A stretch of 64,000 nucleotides of DNA from Octopus sinensis. Taxonomy: Eukaryota. The notes beneath the pieces were generated by a model that saw only the letters and a program-made list of their open reading frames with translations, was not told where the DNA came from and did no database searches. The DNA is taken from NCBI RefSeq assembly GCF_006345805.1, contig NC_043006.1, positions 101,432,001 to 101,496,000 of the forward strand, given 5' to 3'. Positions within the stretch are counted from its first letter, which is position 1, and the number at the start of each line of letters is the position of its first letter. Shown here piece after piece: positions 24,046 through 36,743 of this stretch. A program made the translations under genes and the position numbers.

Positions 24046-24265
24046 CCCTTTCGTTACTGTATTTATTTTGTGATGCTCTGTGTTTCTTTCAATTACTTTA
24101 AATATAACGAAGAATTTAGTAAAATAATTTAGTTATCATTCAGCTAGTGTTAGGAACATAAATTGTGACTAAGGTTTGGTGGAAGATTTTAATTCAAAAC
24201 TTATGAAAACAAGACATTTGTACTCAGTGCTAGAGCCAGTTTCAGCCTGGTGTGTAACGAAAGGG
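24046..24265. mobile_element. piggyBac-type MITE, family P2
   Basis: TTAA / 12-bp perfect TIR CCCTTTCGTTAC..GTAACGAAAGGG / TTAA; 220 bp. Confidence 0.85.
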
Positions 24266-25394
24266 TTAAACCATTAAAGTATTTCATAATTTTTCCTTTT
24301 TAGTTCATGAAATTCGTCATTTAATTATAAGAAAATTAAAAAGTAAAGAAAAAAAATGAAAGAAAAAGGGTTTTCTTTCCCCTATTTGGTACCCAGTACT
24401 GCCAGGTAACCCTATGTAACGAAGACCTGTGTCATACACATATAGTTCTATGGTAATTGGGAAATTGAGGAAAATCTGCAGCACTGGTGGTAGGAGAAGG
24501 GAAGAAATTTTTTTTATTTCCCATGAAATATGCTGAAGGTAACCTTTTGAATGTTTTTTTTTGTTTCAAATCTGATTTATTTATAATTTTAACTCTATCA
24601 CTTTCATGAGCATATTGTCATTTGTCATAACAAAGAGTTCAAAGTTCACATGGGACAAATTTGACCTTCAGCACCTCTGAAATCTAAACGTGAGTGGTTT
24701 GTGTCATCAGCTTCTTAAATTGACAGACATTTCTTTTTGATACCAACCTGTCTGAAACTGTCCTTAGTTTGCCGATAAAAATTCCTTGTTTTAAAGTCAT
24801 CTTAATTAGAACCCCCTAGAAAATATTTAATGTTAATTTATATTCCAAGCATCAACTATAAATAATGGTAGTTATTTTAATACATTCTTCATTATTTTGC
24901 AAATTAATTGAAATAAAGACAGTATATTTCAACAGAAGAAAAGTGTTAGGCTAAATATGTATCTGCTTAATGCTGCTGTTGAGGAAAACAGTAGTAACAA
25001 TGATGATAGTTAAAAGGATTTTAGAGCCTATGTTCATTTCGTATAGTATATTTACTCTCACAAGCTTGGAATTATAATGTGTTTCTATTTTCTATAATTT
25101 ATATAATTTATTGGGTGCTTGCAAAGAACTACTTAATAATTCATATTGGACAATGAGTAGAAAATAAAGGAAAAGACCTATAGAAGCTAGCTTAGCCAAA
25201 TATTATTCTGCTTTCAGTATTGAGTAACTTTGATAGGAAGCATATCAAATGAATACAATAGATAAATTCTAGGAAGATATGAAAAGAGAAGAAAATTTGA
25301 CAAGATAATGTGTCAGTTACTGCACTGCTGGTTTAATATGCATTTGCTTTAGAATTTGATGTTGCTTCCAAGATTATTTAATCTCCTTTTGTAG

Positions 25395-25421
25395 TTCAAC
25401 ACTATAGATTCATGGCTGAAG
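25395..25421 (+). CDS. Candidate 27-nt microexon (FNTIDSWLK or xQHYRFMAE)
   Basis: tctccttttgtag acceptor; AAG/gtagtt donor (moderate); length divisible by 3. Confidence 0.2.
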
Positions 25422-26989
25422 GTAGTTACCTGTTTTCATTTTGAAATCCATTGTAATAGTGGATGGATAAGGGAATATACATAACAGTGACAATAATTTC
25501 TATTGAAGTAATATACATTACAAATTATGACTATAATTGTGTTTTGGTACTCTTTTGGAATTTAAATTTACTCAGATTTAATAGAAAATCTTATAGTTTC
25601 TCTCTTTGAGTGTATACTTTGTGACACATGGATTGCAATTAAGATGTATAGCAATGATATATCTGCAGGCAAAACACTTCATGGTTAGAGAAGAAATCAA
25701 ATATGATCTTCTAGATATGTAAGCATGAAAGATAGATGGAGAAAGACACTATGCTTGCTATCAAAAGAATTAGATGGTGTTTGTGATAAAAACAGGTTGT
25801 TTTTAGGTGGAGGTGTAATGCCAGTGACTTTAATCAATCCTTCGTAGACAGCTTAAAATGTATTATGTGCTAGTATTTGTTGCTGATGAAAGAAGGAAAT
25901 CAATTAGGTTGTTGGTAGTTAAAAACAACTTGGTAAAATTTATCAACGAAACACAACTAGAGAGGATTGACAGTGTGTCTTTGTAATTTATATGAGGCCT
26001 AAGGAAAAGGGGACATAAAATGATGATACTTGAGAATGGCTAGGCAATATATAGTGAGAATATGTGATGAAACGGAATAATGATAGCCAATACTAACCCT
26101 AGCAGAGGTTAAGATAGGGAAATAAAACTTGAACTGGTGCAACTGACATTAGCAGAAATGATTAAAGAAGAAGACAGAGAATTGTTACAGACCTGTGTAA
26201 CTCATGTCAGCATCGTAAAACAGATTTAAAAATCTAAGTGACATTAGAATTGTAATATATTAGACAATTAACTGTCCTAGTATCTGACATGGATAGCTGT
26301 TCAGCATATTAAATTTGTTGATAGACATGGTTAATCTACTATATTTATTTAACTTTTGAAATTCTTCTCATAATTCTCTGCTGTTAAGGTTAATAATTTA
26401 CCATTTCAAGTTTTGACTTTAGCCTATTGAACTGAATTGCTCAAGCAATTTTTTCTAGAAATGTCTGTGCAATATGATAAATTTATTATGTATAACTACG
26501 TAGGTAGAAAATGTAAACCATAGTTGTCACTAAATAGTGAGTGTGACCTGATAGCATGTTCTGTGCTTTTGCTAATGGTGTTAGGTGGTTATGTAGTTGC
26601 CAGCAGACATAGACACCTCCTTGGCCCTCCCACTCTGGACTTAGCAGAACATCAAGGATGTGTAAGCTGTAGGAAGGGAGTATTTAGCTAGTACTTTTCA
26701 AGTGAATAGACTAGAGCCATGTGAAGGAAAGTGCTTTGTTCAAGGATACAATATGCTGCCGATTCAGGAATTGAACTTGTGCCTATATTGTTGTGAGCAC
26801 AACACCCTAACCACTAGAGTATGTCAGTATGAAGTATCTACAAAGGTATACACTTAATATTGGTAGTATGTTTTCCTTCCTTTGTTTTTTTTTTGCAACA
26901 CTCTATTTCTGATAATACTCTCACTGATGTCCTTGGAATGCATGAATTAACCATTTATTTACCTCTTAGCTCTAAAAGCATTCCAGCTT

Positions 26990-27275
26990 CTGGCCCACAG
27001 ATATGCTGTCTCCTCTCTCTCTTCCTCTTCTACTGCTTCTGTAGTGGTGTCTGTTCTTTTCTTCCACCTCTTCTTAAGCCCAGTCAACTCATTTATCCAT
27101 CCTCCTCCTCTCATTCATATTGTGCCCAATCTGTTGGTCCTGTCCTAACCCCACAAATCAAAATCCTTCCTTCCTTCCTAGAACATCTGGAATTCCCTCC
27201 TTATTCTTGTGTTCTCTGCAGCTATCAACTTACACTCTTTCAAGAACAGCATCAACCCCACAAATTTCGTTGATC
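26990..27275 (+). mobile_element. CR1/L2/Jockey-group LINE 3' fragment
   Basis: SLFLFYCFCSGVCS..SSSHSYC.. and NPSFLPRT.. resemble the SLFYRY..G.CS.EL..SF.PRT..LWNSLP C-terminal region. Confidence 0.65.
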
Positions 27276-28310
27276 TTGAAGGCTTGTAAAGACTGTGCAA
27301 AGACTGTGAGCACAACCTCTCCTTCAGGCTGGCCATTAAAATGAGAAACCGAAATATGCTACAGATTTAATTAAGAAACCATTGTTTATAATTTATTTCT
27401 GGCTGTTTATTATTTAATGGTCTCTTCTTTATAATTCACACAAATAAAACATTAAAAAACAAAACAAAAAATCATTCGCCTTATTATAAATTAGCCATCA
27501 CCTACTTTAACAACTTTTAATGTTGAGAAACTTTAAACAGTTTTATAAAATCTGACCTTTGATCTCCCACACCAACTCTTTTATCTCATCTTTATTTCTT
27601 CTAAGATTTCAATCTCTATTTTTACTATTTTTTTTAATCATTTAGAAAAATTTGAAATTTATTTTCCTTTTGAAAAATTCTAAATAGAATTCTCTCATTA
27701 TAGTCTTATGTTTCTCAAATTCTCAAATAAGTTATTTACAACAGTAATGAAGATTGATGAGATAATTAACTTCATATTTTGTGCTTGTATTCATATTAAT
27801 TTTACCAGTTTATTTCTCTGATAATCTTCAGGTATCATATTTCTGTGCAGGCATACAGGTACACACATGATTAATCTCACCAGTTCACACATGTACTTCT
27901 GTGTATGCACATATACATATACATATAGGTGCATACAAATACATCCAAAGCAAAATATAGGTGGGAATAAAGAAACTATTCATAAACGAGGCACTTAATG
28001 ATCCAATATATCTCTATTATTTCAGAATTCATTCTGTTGTTTCTTCACAATGGTTTCATTCTTACTAAGTACATTAAGTACATTGTAGGTGCCTTCAACT
28101 TAATCATCTTTGATATGATATTCAAGCAGCATTTAATTTTTCTTATTAACATGATTGTGTGGTGAAGAAGTTTACTTCTCAGTCATCTGGTGTTGAGTTG
28201 TCCCACTATGTAGCACTTTGGCCAAGTGGCTCCTACTATAATCCTATGTCAACCAAAAGCTTGTGAGTAATTTTGGCAAATGGAAACTGAAAAAAACCTG
28301 GTGTGTGTGT

Positions 28311-28312
<2 letters not shown>

Positions 28313-28357
<45 letters not shown>
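28313..28357. repeat. (AG)n microsatellite
   Basis: Direct read. Confidence 0.95.
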
Positions 28358-28360
<3 letters not shown>

Positions 28361-28580
28361 GTTTGTGTGAGTGAGTTCGTGTTTCCCTCATTTTCATGTG
28401 TTCACATGCTGGTTATAAACTCTGGTTATACTGACAATGTTGTTTGCTTGTAGTTCACCTTAAAAGCATATCCACCTTGTTTGATAGACTGAAAGATTAT
28501 TACCTTACTGAGAAACAAGTGGGAGCTGGAAGCAGGAAGGGCATCCTACTGTAGAGAATTCTGCCTCTGATGTACTTTTA

Positions 28581-28994
28581 TACTTTTTTACTCTTTTACT
28601 TGTTTCAGACATTTGACTGCGGCCATGCTGGAGCACCGCCTTTAGTCGAGCAACTCGACCCCGGGACTTATTCTTTTTGTAAGCCCAGTACTTATTCTAT
28701 CGGTCTCTTTTTGCTGAACCGCTAAGTGACGGGGACGTAAACACACCAGCATCGGTTGTCAAGCAATGCTAGGGGAACAAACACAGACACACAAACACAC
28801 ACACATACATATATATATATATACATATATACGACAGGCTTCTTTCAGTTTCTGTCTACCAAATCCACTCACAGGGCATTGGTCGGCCCGGGGCTATAGC
28901 AGAAGACACTTGCCCAAGATGCCACGCAGTGGGACTGAACCCGGAACCATGTGGTTGGTTAGCAAGCTACTTACCACACAGCCACTCCTGCGCC
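28581..28994 (-). mobile_element. tRNA-derived SINE, family A, full length
   Basis: Same head, body and tail as the other family A copies. Confidence 0.92.
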
Positions 28995-29675
28995 TTATCT
29001 GACCAATGTAAGCATAAAACAATGATAATGAGAATTTTCAATACATACAAATGCTTTAATAGTTTTAAAAAGTTGAAGCATGTATTTTCAAAGCTGAGTG
29101 CTCTCACCACTTTTAAGTACACTGCTAGACAGTTGACGGTAGAGTCCAATTTTGTTTTTCTCAAGCAGACTAGATCCACCCTACCTCATCTCATACCCTA
29201 TGATTAAGTCTTGAACTTATGACTTGCTTTCTCTGTACTACCACTTTAACTTCACAGCTCAATATATACATACAAATATACTTATTTTCCAAGGAATTAT
29301 ACATTAAAATTATTTCTCTATGTATAAGTACCAGAAATATCCAAAAGTACTGTAACAAAGCTCTTAATTATTTTCAGAATATTAGTGTTATTTTCTGTAG
29401 AATTTCATTGTTGTGTATAAATACCATAAATGTACTGGTGTGGCTGTGCAGGAATGTGTGATTAAAATGTTTACTTCTTAATCCCTTGCTCAACATTCTA
29501 TTAACACTTCTAATACTAAAGCATTGGAGTATTTAATACTCAAAAGTGATGTTAGTAAAATAAATCTGGAGCTACAAATGAAAATTGGTATAGTGAACAA
29601 AAGTGCATGGGCATCAAAAATCAATTTCCTTTATTCCCGTAAGTATACAATTTACACTTAATATGAACTGACTTG

Positions 29676-29897
29676 AACATTTAGCATATAAACTGGCCAT
29701 ATCAAGGCCCAAATCGTCTAGCTGTTATATGTTCAAAATTGCTAGATCCAGCCTCTCACACCTACCCTACAATGCCATTCTAAAAACAAACAATCACATC
29801 ATTGATATCTTGAAGCTATGAGGTAGTACATGATCAATTAAAAACATGGGAATAAATAATCATTACTTTTGACAGAGTAATCTGAATGCTAAAGAGA
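29676..29897 (+). mobile_element. Family P1 MITE (degenerate)
   Basis: tttagcatataaactggccatatc..ctcacacctaccctacaatg..gaatgctaaagag. Confidence 0.75.
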
Positions 29898-30374
29898 TAA
29901 GCCAATGTATTAATAGTTAGTACTTGGACAATAGTAAGTACTTTAAAAAAAGCTGCTCAATAGACTGTGTGCAAAAATCCAGAGATTTATCTTGTTGAAC
30001 AGTCTTTTTCATCCACCCTTCAACTTTTGTTCATTGTTATATTCATCTTCTACTCATACCCCATCTCTAACCATTACACTCTAACCCATACACTCTTGCA
30101 TCCTCAATCTACATTCACTCCCTGTTTATCTGTCACCACTCCGACTTCCCTTCTTGTAACTTCAGGGTCCACCCTGACATTTCACTACCACTATTCTATT
30201 CCTCCAGTTTCACCCTGGTTATTCCCAACTGCTCTTCCATGATGTGAATAGCAATGCAACTCCTCTATGGCAAAAAGAGTCTTTTCTGTTCTGGTCCTGT
30301 CTTTCTCATCTCATCTCCTAGCATAAATCCGCCTTTCTCCTCTGCAGATCCACCCAGTCAATGGGGTTCTTAGT

Positions 30375-30562
30375 CTTGTGCTAGTGGAAGAAGAAAAAGC
30401 ACTCAGTATATACTCAGTAAATGGTTAATATTAGGAAGAGCATCCTGCTTTGAAAACCCATGCCAGAGTAGACATTGGAGCATGATGCTCAGTCAGATAC
30501 TGTCAAACTGCCCAACCCATGCCAGCATGGAAGATGGACAATAAAAGGTGTTGGTGATGATG
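30375..30562 (+). mobile_element. Family C 3' fragment
   Basis: aaagcactcag..aggaagagcatcc..cccaacccatgccagcatggaagatggac..(gat)n. Confidence 0.65.
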
Positions 30563-31383
30563 TTGAGATGCTTGATTAAACTCTGTTGCTTCGAAATAAA
30601 TCTTTAAATTATTTAAGCATTGCAAAAGTCATTTTAAGAAAGATCATTGTTAGAACTGGCTATTTTTAGCTCATAGTAACCAAACCAAATATGAACACAA
30701 TGAATCTTCTGTCTAGTGCTTGAAATTCGCATTTGCTATTCAAACATTTTTTGGAATAAAAAATTGAATTTTTTTTTTGTTTATTTTGATATTCATTATT
30801 AATTCCTTGGTAGCATAGGTTTGCTGTCTTCTGTAAATTTTGGTGTGAATACATCCAGTTCAGATATTTTTATGAATGGTTAATGCAATTTCCTTCTCTA
30901 TACAAATCATTCAATAATAGTTTACCAAAAGTATTTGATAAATGTTCTCTGAATAAAGGGCACAACAAACTTTGACACTTAGCTGTAGAGATGTTTATGT
31001 AATTGCTTCACCTGATTCATCAGGAAAAATTATTTTCCCATTGGCTTTTATGGAGCAGTCATGTATTTTCATTTAGTTCCCACCATTCCATTGGTTCATA
31101 TGAGCAGAAATGCGGGAATCTATTCAAAAGCTGGAATGACAAAATTTTAATTTATAAAAGTAAAGCATTTTCTCTAAAAGCCGATTCCTTTATTATCTGT
31201 TTTCAATTTCTCAGATGCTGTAGATGGTTGGAGGGAACGTTTTCTAGGAATGAGGACAAAATACAATGTTAATTGTATAAGTTGAGCTTTGACGTATTGG
31301 TCAATGGCCTCAGGGTTCAACTAGTCTTACTTCAAATCTTTGCAGTTGTGTAGTAGGTATATAAGTGTATATGTGTGAGTATG

Positions 31384-31416
<33 letters not shown>

Positions 31417-31424
31417 ATCACACT

Positions 31425-31790
31425 CTAACCTTTCATCATCTGACACAAGATCACTTCCATCAATGTCTCTTCTTTCTCAAAATTCCTTGTCTTGGAAGTC
31501 ACTTGGTGACCTTGTCGGTGCTGATGCCATGTAAAAAGCTTCCAGTCCACACTGTGAAATGGTTGGCATTTGGAAGGACATTCAACTGTAAAAACCATGC
31601 CAAAACTGACCTTGACTGTGTTGGTTCCGCATAAAAAGCACTCAGGTGTTAGGAAGGGCATCCAGCCATAAAAGCCATGCCAAAACAGACACAGTAGCCT
31701 GGTGTGGTCTTCTAAGTGGCTGGCTTTTGTCAAAGCACTCAACCCATGCTAGCATGGAAGATGGATATTAAATGATGATGATGATGATAT
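31425..31790 (+). mobile_element. Family C element(s)
   Basis: Two partial repeats of ttaggaagggcatccagcc..aaccatgccaaaac; ends aacccatgctagcatggaagatgg..(gat)n. Confidence 0.75.
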
Positions 31791-32904
31791 GCACACATGT
31801 ACGTGTTCATGTACGTGTTTGTTGGTATGGTTTCAGAAGCATAAACAGGCTAAGGGGCATATGATGTGAGAGAAATGCAGGCTAAAGATGGGGAGGGTTA
31901 AAATTGAACATTTTGAGAGAGAGAAAGGGGGAAATGGTCCAGACATTGCTATTTTGAGTGAAAGACAGAGAGAAATTGAAAGGTAGAGATTGAACCATAG
32001 ATTGATTGATACACCGAGCTGACAGCATGTATTAAATGATTGCATAAGAAGAACAGTTCACATACTACATGACCAACATACTAGCGAAAAACTTTTATTT
32101 TTTTCTGTTAATTATGATTTTGTCATATTCCATGTTTGTAATTTCAGTTTGATGCTATGCATGAATGAAAAATACTAGGAAAATAAAAGGAAATAAAGTT
32201 GTTCTAATGTTGAGTGGCGCACGCTGTGACCTCGTACATCTAGCATAAATGTGTACATAATAGAAAAGTTATTGTGGAAGGTAGCAATTAGATTTGCTTT
32301 GACTCATATCTCATGTAGCTTAATTCCCTCCGCCTTTGGTTTTGCTGGAAACAATCCTCATTTGATGTTATGTCATCAATTACAGAAGCAGTGATATATT
32401 ACTGGTGAAAGCTGATTTTACACAAATCTCCAAGATTTAGTTGATGACTGAGATGTCATAAAGAAATATTGCTTTGTCTCATGAAACTTGGTGTATTTAC
32501 AATTCTCCTTATTTCTCTTCAGTTTTATACTTTTTTTTACTATAAGGCATGGAATATTCTGACAAATTTTATTGACTTGAAGAAAATTCTCAGCACAAAA
32601 GAAATGTTTGTTAGAAATAAAATCCTGTTATTGTCAGTGTGATGAGGGACAGTTGGCTAGTATTATCCAACTGATTGCTGAAATTTGACATTGATGGATG
32701 GTCTTTTAAGACAAGAGAAAACAAATGAGTTTGCCAAAATTTTATTTCTTTCTTGGATATAAATTTTAGCATGTCTTTTGAATTTACACTAAGAACAAAG
32801 ACAGAAAAAAAAAACAAAAAAAAACAAAAAAAAAATCAACTAAAATTAAAAGTATATGGCCATTATCAGATTTAAAAGTTTTTCAAATCAGTTACAACTG
32901 TCAG

Positions 32905-32974
32905 AAAATAGAGGATAGAACAAGATCTTACCAATCACGAAATTATTTCCTTGCTGGTATCATTTTGCTCTTGG
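32905..32974 (+). CDS. Candidate exon KIEDRTRSYQSRNYFLAGIILLL (hydrophobic end)
   Basis: Open frame, phase 0 to 1; donor TGG/gtaaga; acceptor only moderate. Confidence 0.25.
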
Positions 32975-33040
32975 GTAAGACAGTTTACAAGCTGAAAATG
33001 GGAAGGCTACTGAAAAGAAAAGGGGACATACACCTGTTCT

Positions 33041-33424
33041 GGATGGAAGCACTCCGTCGGTTACGACGATGAGGGTTCCGGTTGATCCGAATCAACGGAA
33101 CAGCCTGCTCGTGAAATTAATGTGTAAGTGGCTGAGCACTCCACAGACACGTGCACCCTTAATGTAGTTCTCGGGGATATTCAGCATGACACAGAGTGAC
33201 AAGGCCGGCCCCTTGAAATAGGTACAACAGAAACAGGAAGTAAGAGTAAGAGAAAGTTGTGGTGAAAGAGTACAGCAGGGACCACCACCGTCCCCTGCTG
33301 GAGCCTTGTGGAGCTTTTAGGTGTTATCGCTCAATAAACACTCACAACGCCCGGTTTGGGAATCGAAACCGCGATCCTATGATCGCGAGTCCGCAGCCCC
33401 TAACCACTGGGCCATTGCGCCTCC
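33041..33424 (-). mobile_element. tRNA-derived SINE, family D, with 11-bp TSD
   Basis: Minus head gaggcgcaatggcccagtggttagggg..ggtttcgattccc; TSD acacctgttct at 33030-33040 and 33425-33435; CpG-rich, so probably young. Confidence 0.9.
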
Positions 33425-33936
33425 ACACCTGTTCTACACTTATGCTTGTGTACATGCATATTTTTATATGCACACTGGGTTTCTTTCAGTTCCTGTCTAC
33501 TAAATCCACTCACTCACAAGGCTTTCATTAGTTCAGTGTTATAATAGACACCATATCCCCAGGGTGCCATGCAGTATGACTGAACCTGAAATCACATGTT
33601 TGGGAAGCAAGTTTCTTAACCAAACGATGATCTGTGTCTCTGTTATCTGTAAAATAAATCCATTGAAATTTTGTAATTTTTCTCTAATCCAGGTAAGCCT
33701 AAATATCTTACCTGTTTTGTGTTCAAACTGGCCAGATCCTGCACAACGTTCAAAATTTTCAATACCTGCATTCACTGTAATAATGTAAAAATCCAGTATT
33801 CATTTAATTAAAAAAAATCTTATCAAGAAGAACATCCTTATCAACTTCTCCAGGATAAGTAAAATCACCAAGTGTGTAAAATTAGATTTCATTGCCAATG
33901 TATCCCTGCTTCTGTAATTGATGGACATACCAATAA

Positions 33937-34157
33937 CCCTTTAGTGTTCACAGTATTCTGCCAAAATTAATGCTTTTTCATCCACATTGCCTTGAACTAA
34001 TCAGGAATTATCTTGTAGCTTTGAGATTTTGATGAGGTAGCTGTTAATTTTTAAAACGGTATTGTAGGGTTGGTGTGAGAGACCAGATCTGGCCATTTTG
34101 AGCATAAAACAGGCAGAATACTTTTGGCCGGATATGGCCGGTTTAAATGCTAAAGGG
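33937..34157 (-). mobile_element. piggyBac-type MITE, family P1
   Basis: Reverse complement of 22072-22292; CCCTTTA..TAAAGGG/TTAA. Confidence 0.85.
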
Positions 34158-34310
34158 TTAAATGAGGATTGGCTTAGGTGACATTCTTTAACCTTTTTTT
34201 AAAAATTATTTCTGTTGAAATATAATAATTTCATTTCAGTTTCTAAAATAATAAAGAATTTAGTAAAATGACTTATTATTAAACTGATGTTCGGAATATA
34301 TATTAATATC

Positions 34311-34632
34311 AACCTCAGGACTTATTCTTTGTAAGCCTAGTACTTATTCTATTGGTCTCTTTTGCCGAACTGTGAAGTTATGGGGACAAAAATGTACCAA
34401 CTTCAGTTGTTAAGTGATGGTGGTGGTGGTGGGGACAAACACAGACACACTAATATATATACATATATACAATGGGCTTCTTTCAGTTTCTATCTACCAG
34501 ATCCATTCAGAAGGTTTTGGCTGGCCTGAGGCTATAGTAGAAGATACTTGTCCAAGGAGCCATACTGTGGGACTGAACCTGGAACCATGTAGTTGGGAAG
34601 CAAGCTTCTTACCACACAGTCACACCTGTGCC
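34311..34632 (-). mobile_element. Family A SINE (3' truncated, degenerate)
   Basis: aggacttattctttgtaagcc..gggcttctttcagtttc..accacacagtcacacctgtgcc. Confidence 0.8.
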
Positions 34633-34721
34633 TATGTGTGTGTGTGCATGTATATATACATATATATATATACATATATATATTCATATATATATATATA
34701 TATAAATATTCGTATAAAGAG

Positions 34722-34871
34722 AAAGAGAGTGGTTCAGTAATAGAAACCAATAGAATAAGTACCGGGCTTAAAAATAGAAATATGTACTGGGTTTGATTCA
34801 TTCAACTAAAATTCTTCTATACAGTACTCCAGCATGGCCACCTTGTAATGATTGAAACAAGTAAAAGATAA
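34722..34871 (+). mobile_element. Family A-related SINE, 3' part
   Basis: accaatagaataagtaccgggctt..ccagcatggcc..gaaacaagtaaaagataa. Confidence 0.75.
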
Positions 34872-35869
34872 AGATTGTGAGATAAGTACTGTGTAGACCA
34901 GATACTGGGAAAGAAAAGAAAAACTTAACCCTGCGTGGTTGTAGTTATTTATTTTTGCAGCTGAATAACTATCATTGATTTTCATTGTTCTCTATGGGCA
35001 GACTGTTTTTCATGTTTAAAAAGTTTTGCTTAGCATTGAAACAATTATTGTAGTTGACTATACTTTCTAATTTAACAATTTTGATCATGAAGTGGAGATG
35101 AAATCTATTCTCAGCTAAGCATTCTAAAGAAAGCAGAGTTGTATGTCTTGCCTAAGGTCTTAGTATTGTAGTAGATGCTGTAGTGAAATCTGAGGTCAAG
35201 ACAATGAGATCATTGTTCTAACTCCTTAATCCTGCAGCTGTTTTGCCTAAATGTTTCTTTTGAAAAAAGAAAAAAAAAATTGCATCTATTTTAGCTGTAA
35301 AACCCAGATGAACTGTTTAGGTTGGTTATTGCTAGGAAGCTCACCAAACAACTAATATTACACCAAGTGCACCATGATAGAAGTGATTATAAAACTCCAT
35401 CAAGTCCACTGTAAGAGATAATTAGTTGTAATTCAGTACACTAACATCAAAAATGTGATTTAGTTTATTTAAATTGTAAAGATGTCTTCATTTTGAATGC
35501 TATGTAAAGAATTTGTGAAATGGATGTGGAGTTTGTAAAGATCTAATCACTAATACACTTTAATGAACATCTCAATAGAACTGTTCTCTGACTTCAGTAC
35601 TGATTCAATGAAACTTTCTTTCCAATTCCAGTAGCTATTACTGTATAAGTATATCTTGGCAGTTTGTCAGTTATTCAAATGATATTTACCTTCAGCTTTT
35701 AGGTTCTATTTATCTGAATTAAGTCATAAATTTTCTATTAGTTTCATTAAGCCATAAATTTAGCTCTTACTGGCACTACTGAAATTTTAAATTAGTAAAC
35801 AGACAAGGTAGAGAAAAATAAATTTGAATAGCAATTCTGCTGGAGGGATAAAAAAAAAATCACTGAACG

Positions 35870-36505
35870 TTGAGTTTCATTTTCATCATCCATTATAATA
35901 TACATAATTATTTTTATTCTCACAATTATCATTACCATTTCTTCTGTTATCTTCAGTGTTGTTCTTTTTGTTCTTCTTAATCTCATTCTTTTTCTGTTTT
36001 TATCATCATTATTATTCTTATTCTCATTTTCATTATTTACATCATTATCATTGTTATTGACCTAATCATCGTTATTGTTATTGTGCATATCCTCACCAGT
36101 GTTTATGTCATCTTAATTGTTAGTCGTCATCATCCTAATTACCTTCCTTAATAATTTTGTTGTTATTGCTATCAGCATTGTCACTGTTGTAATTGTTATT
36201 GTCATTATTCTCTTGACATTGTTATAATTATCTTCATCACTGTCATCCTTGTCATCATCGTTATTACTGTCATCATCTTCATCAATTACTGTTACCGTCC
36301 TTATTACTGTTTTTGTCATCATCCCCATCATTATCATTATCCTTCTCATTGTTATCATCATGCTCATCATTGTTGTTGTCATCAACCTTACAATTACCAT
36401 TGTCATCATTCTAATCATTATTGTTAATTTTCTTTGTCATCATTCTTGTTCTTTTCATATTTACCATTACTGCCATTGTTGTTGATATTGCAGTTGTCGT
36501 TGCCC
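35870..36505. repeat. Cryptic degenerate trinucleotide repeat (CAT/TAT/TGT/CGT)
   Basis: About 630 bp of triplet-periodic low-complexity sequence; source of the I/V- and D/N-rich ORFs. Confidence 0.9.
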
Positions 36506-36530
36506 TTATTGTCAATGGCAACACAGAGCT

Positions 36531-36718
36531 ATGCATGCTTCTAATTTATTCTCACTTGCTTCTTGTCATCTGGCATCAGTTTTCATGTGATAGTAACTGT
36601 GACAGTGGCAGCTAAATAACTATTATATGTTTGCTTCATAATTACCATCTCTTTTGAAAGATGCACCTCCATTTAATACATTAATGCAATTTTCCCCTTA
36701 CCTTACTTACCAATACCA
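36531..36718. repeat. About 185-bp dispersed direct repeat, copy 1
   Basis: Shares blocks cttcttgtcatc..gcatcagttttc, agtggcagct.aataactatt, agatgcacc..ccatttaata and tacttaccaatacca with 38769-38953. Confidence 0.9.
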
Positions 36719-36743
36719 ACATTTTCCTCAATAAATATTCTAA
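36711..36743 (-). CDS. Candidate 33-nt exon (xRIFIEENVGI or LEYLLRKMLVL)
   Basis: ccccctgttttcaag acceptor; TTG/gtaagt donor. Confidence 0.25.

Noticed and set aside
32631-32690. C/D-box-like GTGATGA..CTGA with an internal cagttgg/ccaactg hairpin
   Set aside because: Only about 43 nt between boxes and no recognisable guide; too weak without RNA data.
33340-33424. tRNA gene-like sequence (also 498-565 and 62418-62480)
   Set aside because: Heads of SINE-like elements continuing into repeat bodies, two of them with TSDs; acceptor stems do not close properly.
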